From Eubacteriales bacterium (GTDB lineage: Bacteria; Bacillota; Clostridia; Oscillospirales; CAG-272): a stretch of DNA of 64,000 nt. The DNA lies in the NCBI GenBank assembly GCA_045127235.1, contig JBGVPY010000065.1, positions 5,546 through 69,545 on the forward strand, given 5' to 3'. Every line of letters begins with the position of its first letter. Positions within the stretch are counted from its first letter, which is position 1. The notes under the pieces are model-generated. The model was not told the DNA's origin. It ran no database searches and worked only from the letters and a program-made list of their open reading frames with translations. Shown in pieces: positions 33,465-42,110 of the stretch. A program made the position numbers and the translations under genes.

Positions 33465-34685
33465 TTAACAACCCTCCAAGTTTTCCATTCCAAACATTTC
33501 TGCTAAGATAGCGACGTGTTCAATGCTATATGGCATTTCTTCGTCAACTACCTCACCTGTCTTTTTGTCTATTGTAATTCCTTCAACCTTGACAGGCTCT
33601 ATTTTATCCCTTACCATTTCATTGCCATTTTCACGAATTACAAGGGAATGATTTAACGTTATTTTATTGAAATACGATTCGGCAGCGTGATAAGGGAAAC
33701 CAATCATTGCAAATCTACCGTTGCCTAATTCTCGGCTCGTTATTGTCATGTTAAGTTCATTACCTATCAACTTAGCATTATCACCGAAAATCTCGTAAAA
33801 ATCGCCCAAACGCACGGCTATAACGTGGTCTGGATATCTGTTTTGAATTTCCATATACCTTTCGTAGAGAGAAGGTTTTGGCTTTTCTTCTACAGGTGGT
33901 ATAAATTCTTCTTTTCGTTCAATGGCAAAATCAGGTTCTACTTCTATAATGTAGTCATAGAACCTTTGAATATTTTCATCAAGTGAATAATCGTCGTCAT
34001 ACGGAAAATCGTATTTGCGAATAATTCCTACGTTTGTAGCGGGCCCTGCGTACATTATTTGTTTTTCATATTCAAGGAAGAAGCAGTCGCCACTTGGAAA
34101 TCTTAATAAGTTAGATTTTAAGTTTGCTAATGGGTTTATAGGTTCTTCTTCAACAGGTTCTTCCTCAATTATATCGTCCTCTACAGGCTCGATTTTAACA
34201 GCTTCTTCTTTTTCTTCATTATCTGAGCCGTTATTGTCTTTGTCAGTCATAAATATGTCTTCTAAGCCCTCAAACATAGAAATAACTTCGCCCTCTTTCT
34301 TTACAGGTGGCTTAGGTTCAATTTTAACTTCTGGCTTAGGAGTGGTTTTTCTAACGGGTGTAGGCTTTTTATATTCGCTGCCATCCTCGTTATATAAAAT
34401 TCCTTCAATGGAATCTTCTGCAAAGTAATGTATTAACCAACCGAATACAACCTTATCTTCAACCATGGCACTTCTTGCACCTTTTTCAGCCAATTTCTTA
34501 GCTTCTTCTGTTGCAAATGTCATAAATGTTTCAAGTGTCTTTTTGTTTATAAGTGTTTTTCCGTCCTTTTGGATTTTCACACCATTGTTTATTTTTTCAA
34601 TCAGTAATTCACCGGCATTTTCCTCAAGGTATGCTTTAAGAAATTCTTGTTCTTTTGTTTTTGTTTTTATTTCTAATTTGCTCAT
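33465..34685 (-). CDS. fusion protein: N-terminal unknown domain, acidic/Pro-Lys linker, C-terminal MutS domain I-like module
   Basis: RYPDHVIAVRLGDFYEIFGDNAKLIGNELNMTITSR...MIGFPYHAAESYFNKI parallels the MutS N-terminus (YPD..LF.R.GDFYE.F..DA...LT.R...M.G.PYHA...Y). No ATPase domain. Confidence 0.7.
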   Translation of the reverse strand: MSKLEIKTKTKEQEFLKAYLEENAGELLIEKINNGVKIQKDGKTLINKKTLETFMTFATEEAKKLAEKGARSAMVEDKVVFGWLIHYFAEDSIEGILYNEDGSEYKKPTPVRKTTPKPEVKIEPKPPVKKEGEVISMFEGLEDIFMTDKDNNGSDNEEKEEAVKIEPVEDDIIEEEPVEEEPINPLANLKSNLLRFPSGDCFFLEYEKQIMYAGPATNVGIIRKYDFPYDDDYSLDENIQRFYDYIIEVEPDFAIERKEEFIPPVEEKPKPSLYERYMEIQNRYPDHVIAVRLGDFYEIFGDNAKLIGNELNMTITSRELGNGRFAMIGFPYHAAESYFNKITLNHSLVIRENGNEMVRDKIEPVKVEGITIDKKTGEVVDEEMPYSIEHVAILAEMFGMENLEGC

Positions 34686-34753
34686 TTTTAATAATCTCCT
34701 GTTTTCTTATAATTTTCTGTATAAAGTAAAAAATCCCAACTGCGTGTACAACG

Positions 34754-34984
34754 TCAGAAAGGAACATCTTTTTCGGCTTGTGCAGCCTCATATTTAGTTA
34801 TAGGAACGATTTTCCATTTGGATTTTTTAACAGCATCCTTTGGTTCTCCCAAAACGATTATTTTTCGTTTTTTGAACATATCAATTATTTTTTCTGCAAA
34901 GTCATAAGTAGGACAATAGTGGGCGAGTTTGTATTTCTCACCCTCCTTTTGTCTTAAAAGTTTATAACCATACGGATTATTCAT
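34754..34984 (-). CDS. hypothetical protein
   Basis: 76-aa ORF abutting the upstream gene. Confidence 0.5.
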   Translation of the reverse strand: MNNPYGYKLLRQKEGEKYKLAHYCPTYDFAEKIIDMFKKRKIIVLGEPKDAVKKSKWKIVPITKYEAAQAEKDVPF

Positions 34985-35524
34985 TTAGCAAGCACCTACC
35001 AATCTTGAAAAGTAAGGCAAGGTAGAGAAAAGGTTATATTTCATAATAGTTTCGTGAATAGTTCTATCATTCATATACAAGTTATTATCTGCGTATTCTC
35101 GCCCTTTGTTTGTGAGCTTTTTAAGTTCATATCTATCACGTCCGTCGTGGTGATAGCCTTCTATGTAGAAATGTCCGTTTTCCTCATAGAAGCAAGTGTA
35201 ATCTAAGTGGCGAATAAACTCAAATAACTCATCAGTTGAGTATATAAATCTGCCACATTCAGCCGGACCGTTCCAACGTCCACAGACACCTTTTATTAAG
35301 AACATTTCATTTTGTTCAAAAAGGTCATCAAGGTAGAGCTTTAATTCTAACCATTCAAGTCTGTGAAGCTCATTTAATTCGTAATAAACAAGAGAGTCGG
35401 AAATCTCATCAATGGACTCCCAACCCTCTTGTTCTGCATAGCTATCAAACATATATTGTCTTGTTTCTTCAAGCAATTCATAATCACTTGTATCGTCATA
35501 AAACTTAGTGATTTTAGTTTTCAT
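34985..35524 (-). CDS. acidic hypothetical protein
   Basis: 179 aa, Asp/Glu-rich N-terminal half. Confidence 0.6.
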   Translation of the reverse strand: MKTKITKFYDDTSDYELLEETRQYMFDSYAEQEGWESIDEISDSLVYYELNELHRLEWLELKLYLDDLFEQNEMFLIKGVCGRWNGPAECGRFIYSTDELFEFIRHLDYTCFYEENGHFYIEGYHHDGRDRYELKKLTNKGREYADNNLYMNDRTIHETIMKYNLFSTLPYFSRLVGAC

Positions 35525-35526
35525 TG

Positions 35527-35736
35527 TTAAGCCTCCTTTATAACACCGTATTTATCATCAGCGTAATAACTGCCTGTAAATACATTGTAAATTGCTGTGC
35601 ATTTTGTTCCGTTGTAATCAACGATAAATGCGTTTGGAATTGGATGTCCGAACATATCATCCTGTTTTAATACTGTTATTTCTTTCATTTCACCATTAAG
35701 CGTGTGAATATGAGCCATTGTCTTAAACGGTTTCAT
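35527..35736 (-). CDS. small hypothetical protein
   Basis: Start chosen at MKPFKT behind AAGGAG. The longer track ORF reaches 35766. Confidence 0.5.
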   Translation of the reverse strand: MKPFKTMAHIHTLNGEMKEITVLKQDDMFGHPIPNAFIVDYNGTKCTAIYNVFTGSYYADDKYGVIKEA

Positions 35737-36088
35737 TTCTTTCAATCTCCTTATAGTATAATTCAACGGGGAATCCCGCTTTTGTTAAAACATTAGCTAT
35801 TTGCAAGCTATCTTTGAAAAAGGTGTTGAGTTTCCATTTACCCCAAACACTCTTGTATATGTTAGTATATTTTCCTTCGTAGTCTTTTGTAAGACCAACA
35901 CAAGTTTTTAAGTGAATTAAATCGTTGAAAAATCCGTGGAATATATACTTTTCAACTTCTTTTTCCTTAAATTCGTAGATAAGTACGCATAGGCAATTAC
36001 CTCTATATACATTCACTGTATAAACGCCATCTTCGTCCTTGTATTCTACAGTTCCCATTTTGTCCTTCCAATACCAATTAACACTCAT
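35723..36088 (-). CDS. hypothetical protein
   Basis: 121-aa ORF in the operon. Confidence 0.55.
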   Translation of the reverse strand: MSVNWYWKDKMGTVEYKDEDGVYTVNVYRGNCLCVLIYEFKEKEVEKYIFHGFFNDLIHLKTCVGLTKDYEGKYTNIYKSVWGKWKLNTFFKDSLQIANVLTKAGFPVELYYKEIERNETV

Positions 36089-36089
36089 T

Positions 36090-36395
36090 TCATTTTACCT
36101 CAACTTTCTTTAAATCAATATTTGTAAAATTCTCGCTTCCACGACCTATTTCGTAGAAGTTCCACCAGAGGTCAGATTCTTCTTCCTCTAATCTTTCGAT
36201 GGTATCAAGGAAATAACCATCAAGAGCAGTACCATCTTCTGCTAAGTGATTTCCAATCCATTGATGATTGATTTCTTCGTAGATAAGTTCTTTGAAGTTA
36301 TCGTAAGCGTCGCTATAATTTTCAAATAAACAATAGTCAACGCCTGTTTCACCCTCATATCCCCAATGGAATAAAACTAAGAATACAGTTTTCAT
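36090..36395 (-). CDS. acidic hypothetical protein
   Basis: 101 aa, strongly acidic (EEEESDLWW). Confidence 0.55.
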   Translation of the reverse strand: MKTVFLVLFHWGYEGETGVDYCLFENYSDAYDNFKELIYEEINHQWIGNHLAEDGTALDGYFLDTIERLEEEESDLWWNFYEIGRGSENFTNIDLKKVEVK

Positions 36396-36410
36396 TTATT
36401 CACCCCCTTT

Positions 36411-36968
36411 CTATCGAAGCTCTATAATGCCATTAGCATATTCGTAAAAGCCTTCATAGCTTAAATCTCTGCCATAAGCATCATAGTCTATATAGTTTTC
36501 TAAATATTTTGGAATCTCGTAGCAGCAAACCTCATGTATCATATGGTAAGCTAAATCGTTAAAGTCCATATTAGGATAGAGAATAATGTCATCATCCCAA
36601 TTTGTTCCATAACTATCAACGAGTTCTTCCCAATCTCTAAAGCTTCTAATTTCAAGATAAGCTTCAAATACATCTCTTTTATAGCTATCATCAAGAATGC
36701 CTGATGCTTTTAGTGTTTCAAACAGATTTTGAGGATGAACGTAATCCCAATTTTGACTGTTACAAGGTATTCCTTCAACATCTTGAATAAACAATTCTTC
36801 GTCTATACCGTCAAGTTCAAAACCTTGTTTTTCGAGTTCTTCTACGATTTCATCCCAATCGTTATAATCGGTTAAATCAATCCAAGAAGAACCTAAGGCT
36901 CTTTCGTTACATTCGTTATATGAACCCCAAGAGCCTATTACAATTCCGATGTCTGGCAAACCCATCAT
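36411..36968 (-). CDS. ardA: ArdA-like antirestriction protein
   Basis: GSWGSYNECNERALGSSWIDLTDYNDWDEIVEEL...EELFIQDVEG matches the ArdA N-terminal pattern (YN.G.L.G.WIDL...E). Very acidic. Confidence 0.7.
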   Translation of the reverse strand: MMGLPDIGIVIGSWGSYNECNERALGSSWIDLTDYNDWDEIVEELEKQGFELDGIDEELFIQDVEGIPCNSQNWDYVHPQNLFETLKASGILDDSYKRDVFEAYLEIRSFRDWEELVDSYGTNWDDDIILYPNMDFNDLAYHMIHEVCCYEIPKYLENYIDYDAYGRDLSYEGFYEYANGIIELR

Positions 36969-36972
36969 TTTC

Positions 36973-37608
36973 TTATTCCTCCGTTTCTTCCCAGCCTTTT
37001 TCTTTGAATATTGGCTGTATTAAATCATAATCTTGTGGTATTTCGTCGGTGATATTTATTTCATCCCAAGCCCAACTACCAACTAAATCAAAAGTAGAAG
37101 CATCAGTATGGGCGATGTAATCTCCACCACCAAGTCCATTGCCGATACAGGTTAGTAGTGAAAGTGGATGCAAACACCATTCTTCGTCATAGCATTTCAT
37201 AACGCTTGATTTGTAGTAAAGAGAGCAGTCAACATATTCCTTTTTGGTATGATTGATTATGTATTTATCCATAAAATTAAAAGCAACTCGGTCAATAGCC
37301 TTACTTCTATCAGGCTCTCTCCAAGCTGCTCTATGATAATTGTAAATTTGAGTTTTTGTTAAACCGTTAAAATTATCTTTGAAATAACATTCAAATTGAT
37401 TAGCATAATCACCCATCCAAATAAGTCTTACAGGCTTATCTGAGTTGTAAATTTTGTCGCAAACGGCTTCCATAAACCAGTTTCCAACCCATGAATGTTC
37501 TGTGATTTTTGCTGAGGTGTATTCCTCTTGTCCGTCAATGATTAAGTTTCTATTTAGAATTTCAATTCTATTATTTGCTTTGATTATTGGTCTGTAGTAT
37601 TGTCCCAT
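36973..37608 (-). CDS. unknown family protein, paralog of 38054-38827
   Basis: Shared blocks YYRPI, PVRLIWMGDY, INHTKKEY, LLTCIGNGLGGGDY and GSWAWDE. Confidence 0.65.
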   Translation of the reverse strand: MGQYYRPIIKANNRIEILNRNLIIDGQEEYTSAKITEHSWVGNWFMEAVCDKIYNSDKPVRLIWMGDYANQFECYFKDNFNGLTKTQIYNYHRAAWREPDRSKAIDRVAFNFMDKYIINHTKKEYVDCSLYYKSSVMKCYDEEWCLHPLSLLTCIGNGLGGGDYIAHTDASTFDLVGSWAWDEINITDEIPQDYDLIQPIFKEKGWEETEE

Positions 37609-37624
37609 TTTTATTTCCTCCTAA

Positions 37625-38041
37625 TTATCCTATTCTTCTAATTCCGCCGCCGAAGCTTTGTACAAATACAGTTCCAAGTTCGCTATCGTCATCATAACTT
37701 TTGTTCCAAACATAAGCGAAAGCATAGTGTTTATTACCTATTGAGTCGAGTGTGAAGCTCCATTCATCCTTGTACTTGTTTACATAGAGGAAGGAGTAAC
37801 ATTCACCAAATGATGTCATTTCGTGAGTGATAGCATAAATGGTAATGTCAAATTCTTCTTCAAGTTTCTTCATTTTGGCTTCAATTTCCGGTTCTTGATA
37901 AACCCAAAATCCACCAAAATTTTCAAAGAAGCAAACCTTATTTTCTTCTTTGAAGCCCTTTATGTAAGGCTTGTAAATATCAAGCTTTTTCATAAGCTCG
38001 ATTGCAAATTCTTTTCTTTCTTCTTGTGTAGCGTATTTCAT
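37625..38041 (-). CDS. hypothetical protein
   Basis: 138-aa ORF with AGGAGA RBS. Confidence 0.6.
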   Translation of the reverse strand: MKYATQEERKEFAIELMKKLDIYKPYIKGFKEENKVCFFENFGGFWVYQEPEIEAKMKKLEEEFDITIYAITHEMTSFGECYSFLYVNKYKDEWSFTLDSIGNKHYAFAYVWNKSYDDDSELGTVFVQSFGGGIRRIG

Positions 38042-38053
38042 TTTTTATCTCCT

Positions 38054-38827
38054 TTAATATATTTTACTTTTGAATGTTAAGTTGATTTCAGTGTAATCTG
38101 CTGGTGGTTCGTGATAGATTGAAAGGTCATCCCAAGCCCAAGAGCCAATTAAATTGAAGTTAGAGTCCTCAGTTGGATGGTTGTAATCACCATCTCCTAA
38201 GCCATTTCCAATACAGGTTAAAAGTGGAATAGGGTTAAAGCAAATACCATTTACAACGCTATTTTTGTAATATTTAGCACCGTAAAAGTATATTCGCTTA
38301 GAGTGATTGACTATAAATTTATCAATGATAGAGAAGTCGCTTGCAACTGCTGATGTGGTATAAACATCTTTGTTCCAATATTTGAAGCAATAATGCTTAA
38401 TTTTTATTGGCGAAATTCCATTTGCAAAGCATACAGGCGAGTCCATCAGTCTGTGAGATTTGTTGCCAAGCCAAATAAGTCTTACAGGAAAGTGAGAGTT
38501 ATATATTTTTTCACATATTGAATTTACAAATTTATCACCTATTCGTGCATGGTCAATAAGTCTATCAGATGTACGATATTCACGCTTATGATAGATATAA
38601 GTTCTGTCATAAACGGAAGTTTTTCTATTCGACTGAACGATTGGTCTGAAAAACTGTTCTGATAACTCATCATTTTCAAATTCAATTAAAGAGCGTATAT
38701 AGTTAAATTCGTGATTGCTAAAATCGCACATTCCTTGTGCTACAAAGTCTGAATGCCCTTCGATTTCTGTAAAATCATAAATGAAACGGCTTAAAGCTCT
38801 TTCTAATCTTTCTTTTGAAATGTTCAT
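38054..38827 (-). CDS. unknown family protein, paralog of 36973-37608 with extra N-terminal ~60 aa
   Basis: Start at 38827 follows GGAGGA. FFRPIV, PVRLIWLGN, VNHSKRIY, LLTCIGNGLGDGDY and GSWAWDD. Confidence 0.65.
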   Translation of the reverse strand: MNISKERLERALSRFIYDFTEIEGHSDFVAQGMCDFSNHEFNYIRSLIEFENDELSEQFFRPIVQSNRKTSVYDRTYIYHKREYRTSDRLIDHARIGDKFVNSICEKIYNSHFPVRLIWLGNKSHRLMDSPVCFANGISPIKIKHYCFKYWNKDVYTTSAVASDFSIIDKFIVNHSKRIYFYGAKYYKNSVVNGICFNPIPLLTCIGNGLGDGDYNHPTEDSNFNLIGSWAWDDLSIYHEPPADYTEINLTFKSKIY

Positions 38828-38837
38828 TTTCTTCCTC

Positions 38838-39068
38838 CTAAATTTGTTTAAAAACATCGTGAATAATGGCAGTTATACTATCTGCCGTAACTTCAATTTG
38901 ACGGCATCTTACACCATCTTTATCTAACAGGTGAACGTATTCGCCTTGATTTGGTATGTATTCATATTCAGCTCCATACCAACCAGAGTTAGACATTACT
39001 AATAAATCGGAAAGGACTTCCGTTACGAAAGCCCTTTTATCCTCTTTAGTTCCTCGGTAGATTTTCAT
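38838..39068 (-). CDS. hypothetical protein
   Basis: 76-aa ORF. Confidence 0.5.
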   Translation of the reverse strand: MKIYRGTKEDKRAFVTEVLSDLLVMSNSGWYGAEYEYIPNQGEYVHLLDKDGVRCRQIEVTADSITAIIHDVFKQI

Positions 39069-39172
39069 TTTCTCACCTCACCTTCAATATATAATTTTTC
39101 TTCTATTCTATCTTTAGCTTCGTCTAATAACTCAGCTAAATCGAATATTGGCTTTTGGTTATCAGTTATCAT
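39065..39172 (-). CDS. very small ORF (35 aa), not in track
   Basis: ATG at 39172-39170. TGA overlaps the next ATG (ATGA). It fills the only gap in the block. Confidence 0.35.
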   Translation of the reverse strand: MITDNQKPIFDLAELLDEAKDRIEEKLYIEGEVRK

Positions 39173-39174
39173 AA

Positions 39175-39486
39175 TCAAATCTCCTTTTCTAACCATTTCT
39201 TTATAGTTTCCGCATGGCATCTTTTTGGATAACACCAACAAAACAAATTAACCTTGCCATATTGCTTATATGCTCTTAAAATCTTTACCAACTCTGCCTT
39301 AAATGCAGCATCAGTTTTAAGTTTTTTGTAGAAATACATTTCATATTTATTACAAACCTCATCCCTCATACATTCATCAAACATATAGTAAGGATTTCCT
39401 AAAACGCTCGACCTATCAACCTTAAAATCATAAGCGTTATTTGGTTTTTCATTTCTTAAATTTTTAATACAAATCATTTTAATCAC
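39175..39486 (-). CDS. DUF4326-like protein
   Basis: SVLGNPYYM...NLFCWCYPKRCHAETI matches the DUF4326 pattern (GNP...C.C.P..CH). Confidence 0.6.
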   Translation of the reverse strand: MIKMICIKNLRNEKPNNAYDFKVDRSSVLGNPYYMFDECMRDEVCNKYEMYFYKKLKTDAAFKAELVKILRAYKQYGKVNLFCWCYPKRCHAETIKKWLEKEI

Positions 39487-39489
39487 CTC

Positions 39490-39714
39490 TTATTCAAAAT
39501 CTTTAATATAAATTTTGTCATAATCAACACCGTACTCGAAGTATAAATCTCCATTTTTATCTTCAATTATTGGATAATCAGTTACAATTATTTTTCCTAA
39601 ATCGCTAATTGCAACATGAACGATTTCATTCGCAACATTCAGCTCAATTAAGCCGAATGTTACGAAGTTATAACCATTATGAAAATCATAAAATTTTTGA
39701 TTTATAGTATTCAT
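39490..39714 (-). CDS. small hypothetical protein
   Basis: 74-aa ORF with GGAGGTG RBS. Confidence 0.5.
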   Translation of the reverse strand: MNTINQKFYDFHNGYNFVTFGLIELNVANEIVHVAISDLGKIIVTDYPIIEDKNGDLYFEYGVDYDKIYIKDFE

Positions 39715-39726
39715 ATTTTCACCTCC

Positions 39727-40053
39727 TTAATCTTCGATAATCTTGTACCAAATGGTGTAATTAAGCTGAATTTCGATTGTTTCATAACTCTTAATTTCTG
39801 GATTGCGTTCACGCTCATCAGTTACAGGAACGTCGCAAGTTACAAATTCTGAGTAATTACCTTTAAATTCATCTGTTTTGTTCATTACAGGGAAACAGTA
39901 TTTTAAGCAATCTTCAAAATTCTTAATATAAGCTGTACCCTTTCTGCTCAAGCGAGCTATGAGCAAATCGCTCTCAGTGATAAAGCCGACTCCTGTGAGC
40001 TTGTCATTTTCCTTTTTAGATTGCTTTGTGATTGAATAGACTACCTTTTTCAT
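39727..40053 (-). CDS. hypothetical protein, first gene of the minus-strand block
   Basis: GGAGGAAG RBS at about 40060-40068. Confidence 0.6.
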   Translation of the reverse strand: MKKVVYSITKQSKKENDKLTGVGFITESDLLIARLSRKGTAYIKNFEDCLKYCFPVMNKTDEFKGNYSEFVTCDVPVTDERERNPEIKSYETIEIQLNYTIWYKIIED

Positions 40054-40082
40054 TTCGTCTTCCTCCGATTTTTATTTTTTTG

Positions 40083-40093
40083 GCGCGAAGCGC
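40083..40093. other. GCGCGAAGCGC mini-hairpin in the 5' region of the minus-strand block
   Basis: GC-only stem with a GAA loop, isolated in AT-rich sequence. It contains the GCGAAGC motif also seen at 16461-16467. Confidence 0.5.
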
Positions 40094-40667
40094 TGACACC
40101 ACATTTGGAGACCATAGACAAATAGAATAATGTAAATGTATATTTGTCAACATGCCCGAACCGTTAAGTAAACGAAAAAATATTGTCGGCAGGTTATAAA
40201 AAAGAAAAAAGCCAAGTAGAGTTATCCACTTGACTTAGCAAAAGACTTTTTTATGAAATTAAGTCATTCGCCATATTTTTTCTAAAATAGGCGTGTTGAC
40301 AAATACGGAAAATGTGGTAAAACAGAATTGCAAAAAAATAAAAACCGGGGGGAGACAGAAAGAAATGAAAGGTAGTCGTGATTCAACACAAAGCAATCGT
40401 GAAGAAAAGGAAATTGACAAACAAAGCGAACAGGACAAAGGCTTTAGAACCCTCCCCCAAAGACGATTTGCTCATAGTGAACGATCAGAGCAGATAGGGT
40501 ACAAAGCGGATTTCAAGTGTGCAAGGTTGCAGTTGAAATTCACTAAGAGTGTACAAGGTAAATGCACTCTTGAAAAATCGGCAAAACCCTTGTAAATAGT
40601 GATAAAAGACCTCTTTAATATGTTTATTTTAGTTCAAGAGTGCAAAGTTTGAATGGGTGAGCAAAAG

Positions 40668-41000
40668 CTATTTCATTTGGTTGAATAATTCAAACATAAC
40701 GTTGCGACTTGCAGTTGACATTTTTCTGTACCTGCGAATCAATTCTTTTTCTTGGTTGTTGAGTGGGTAATCAATGCTTTCAAAAACAAACAGTTCCCAT
40801 AAAGCAATACCTAAAGAATCACATAAACGATTAAGTGTACGGATGCTCGGTACACTTCTTTTTTTGAAAAGGTCATTTAAGGTGTTAATGGATAGATTAG
40901 CTCTCAATGAAAGCTCATAAATAGATAGGCTTTCTTCAACTCTAAGACTATCAATTTTTGCTACGATAAAATCAATGATTTGTTGGTTAGTAAGTATCAT
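40668..41000 (-). CDS. XRE-family HTH regulator
   Basis: Start at 41000 lies 6 nt after GGAGG. LSIYELSLRANLSINTLNDLFKKRSVPSIRTLNRLCDSLGI is an HTH_3-type motif. Confidence 0.8.
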   Translation of the reverse strand: MILTNQQIIDFIVAKIDSLRVEESLSIYELSLRANLSINTLNDLFKKRSVPSIRTLNRLCDSLGIALWELFVFESIDYPLNNQEKELIRRYRKMSTASRNVMFELFNQMK

Positions 41001-41150
41001 ATAAGTCCTCCTTAAGAGGTCTTTTAACACCAAAAATGAAAAATGGGGTGGCAAAATGAAAGCAAATTGGGTTTTTGGGGTGGTAAAGTGCGTTGAAATA
41101 ACAGTTTATTGATAGTAAAATTATGGCATATTTTTTACTCGGAGATAATA

Positions 41151-42104
41151 ATGGAAAGTGCAGAAATCAATTTAACCTATTTTGATGAAATAAATAGTAA
41201 AAGTGTTGAATGGTTATGGTATCCGTATATTCCGTATGGAAAAATTACGATTATTCAAGGAGATCCGGGAGAAGGCAAAACTTCTTTGATTTTAAGTTTA
41301 GTTGCGTTATTGTCTAATAACGGTAAATTACCTTGTAGCGACAAAAAGGTAAATGGAATAACTATCTATCAAAATGCTGAAGATGATATGGCAGACACAA
41401 TCAAACCTCGATTAGAACGATATGGAGCTAATTGCAATAATGTATGTTTTGTAAATAGCTATGATTATTCTAATTCGTTTAGCGAAAACGGAATTGAAAA
41501 GGCAATATTAGAAACTGGAGCAAAACTCCTTGTCCTCGATCCAATACAATCTTTTCTTGGAGAAAATGTTGATATTAACAGAGCAAATTCTATTCGCCCA
41601 TTTATGACAAGTTTAAGTGAAACTGCTCGTAGAACAGGTTGTGCAATAGTCCTTATAGGTCATTTGAACAAAAATTCAAGTGGTAAGGCGAATTATAGAG
41701 GACTGGGCTCAATAGATATACTTGCAGCAGCAAGAAGTGTTTTGTTAGTTGGTAGAACCTCTGCAAACGAAAGTATAAAGGTGATGGCACATCAAAAAAA
41801 TAATCTTGCTCCTTTAGGTAAGTCGATAGCATTCAAATTGCAAAGCGGCAAGGTAATATGGATAGGAGAGCAAGATATATCAGCAGAGGATGTTATTACA
41901 GGCGGAAGTGTAAAATATTCCAAATTAGAAGAAGCTATGGAATTTTTGCTTAATTTTCTTGAAGATGGAATGAAACCATACAAGGAAATCGAAGAACAGT
42001 TTTTGGAACTTCAAATATGTAGAAGAACATTTATGAAAGCAAAGGCACAATTAGTTATTAAATCAGTCAAAAAAAGTGATGGCTGGTATTGGGAATTGTC
42101 ATAA
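41151..42104 (+). CDS. RecA-fold AAA ATPase (AAA_25/RepA-like)
   Basis: Walker A IIQGDPGEGKTS. Walker B KLLVLDPIQSF. Confidence 0.7.
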   Translation: MESAEINLTYFDEINSKSVEWLWYPYIPYGKITIIQGDPGEGKTSLILSLVALLSNNGKLPCSDKKVNGITIYQNAEDDMADTIKPRLERYGANCNNVCFVNSYDYSNSFSENGIEKAILETGAKLLVLDPIQSFLGENVDINRANSIRPFMTSLSETARRTGCAIVLIGHLNKNSSGKANYRGLGSIDILAAARSVLLVGRTSANESIKVMAHQKNNLAPLGKSIAFKLQSGKVIWIGEQDISAEDVITGGSVKYSKLEEAMEFLLNFLEDGMKPYKEIEEQFLELQICRRTFMKAKAQLVIKSVKKSDGWYWELS

Positions 42105-42110
42105 TGGAAG

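Noticed and set aside
30329-34428. Antisense ORFs 30329-30724, 31291-31518, 32434-32619, 33044-33253, 34015-34428 and 34465-34797
   Set aside because: They lie opposite longer ORFs that have RBSs and motifs. Their Ser/Gly/Ile-rich low-complexity translations are not credible.
40293-40595. 100-aa ORF in the 40.1-40.7 kb control region
   Set aside because: It is hydrophilic and low-complexity and has no convincing domain. It starts inside a promoter-like sequence, and the region is better explained by regulatory or ncRNA structure. A shorter peptide from ATG 40365 cannot be excluded.
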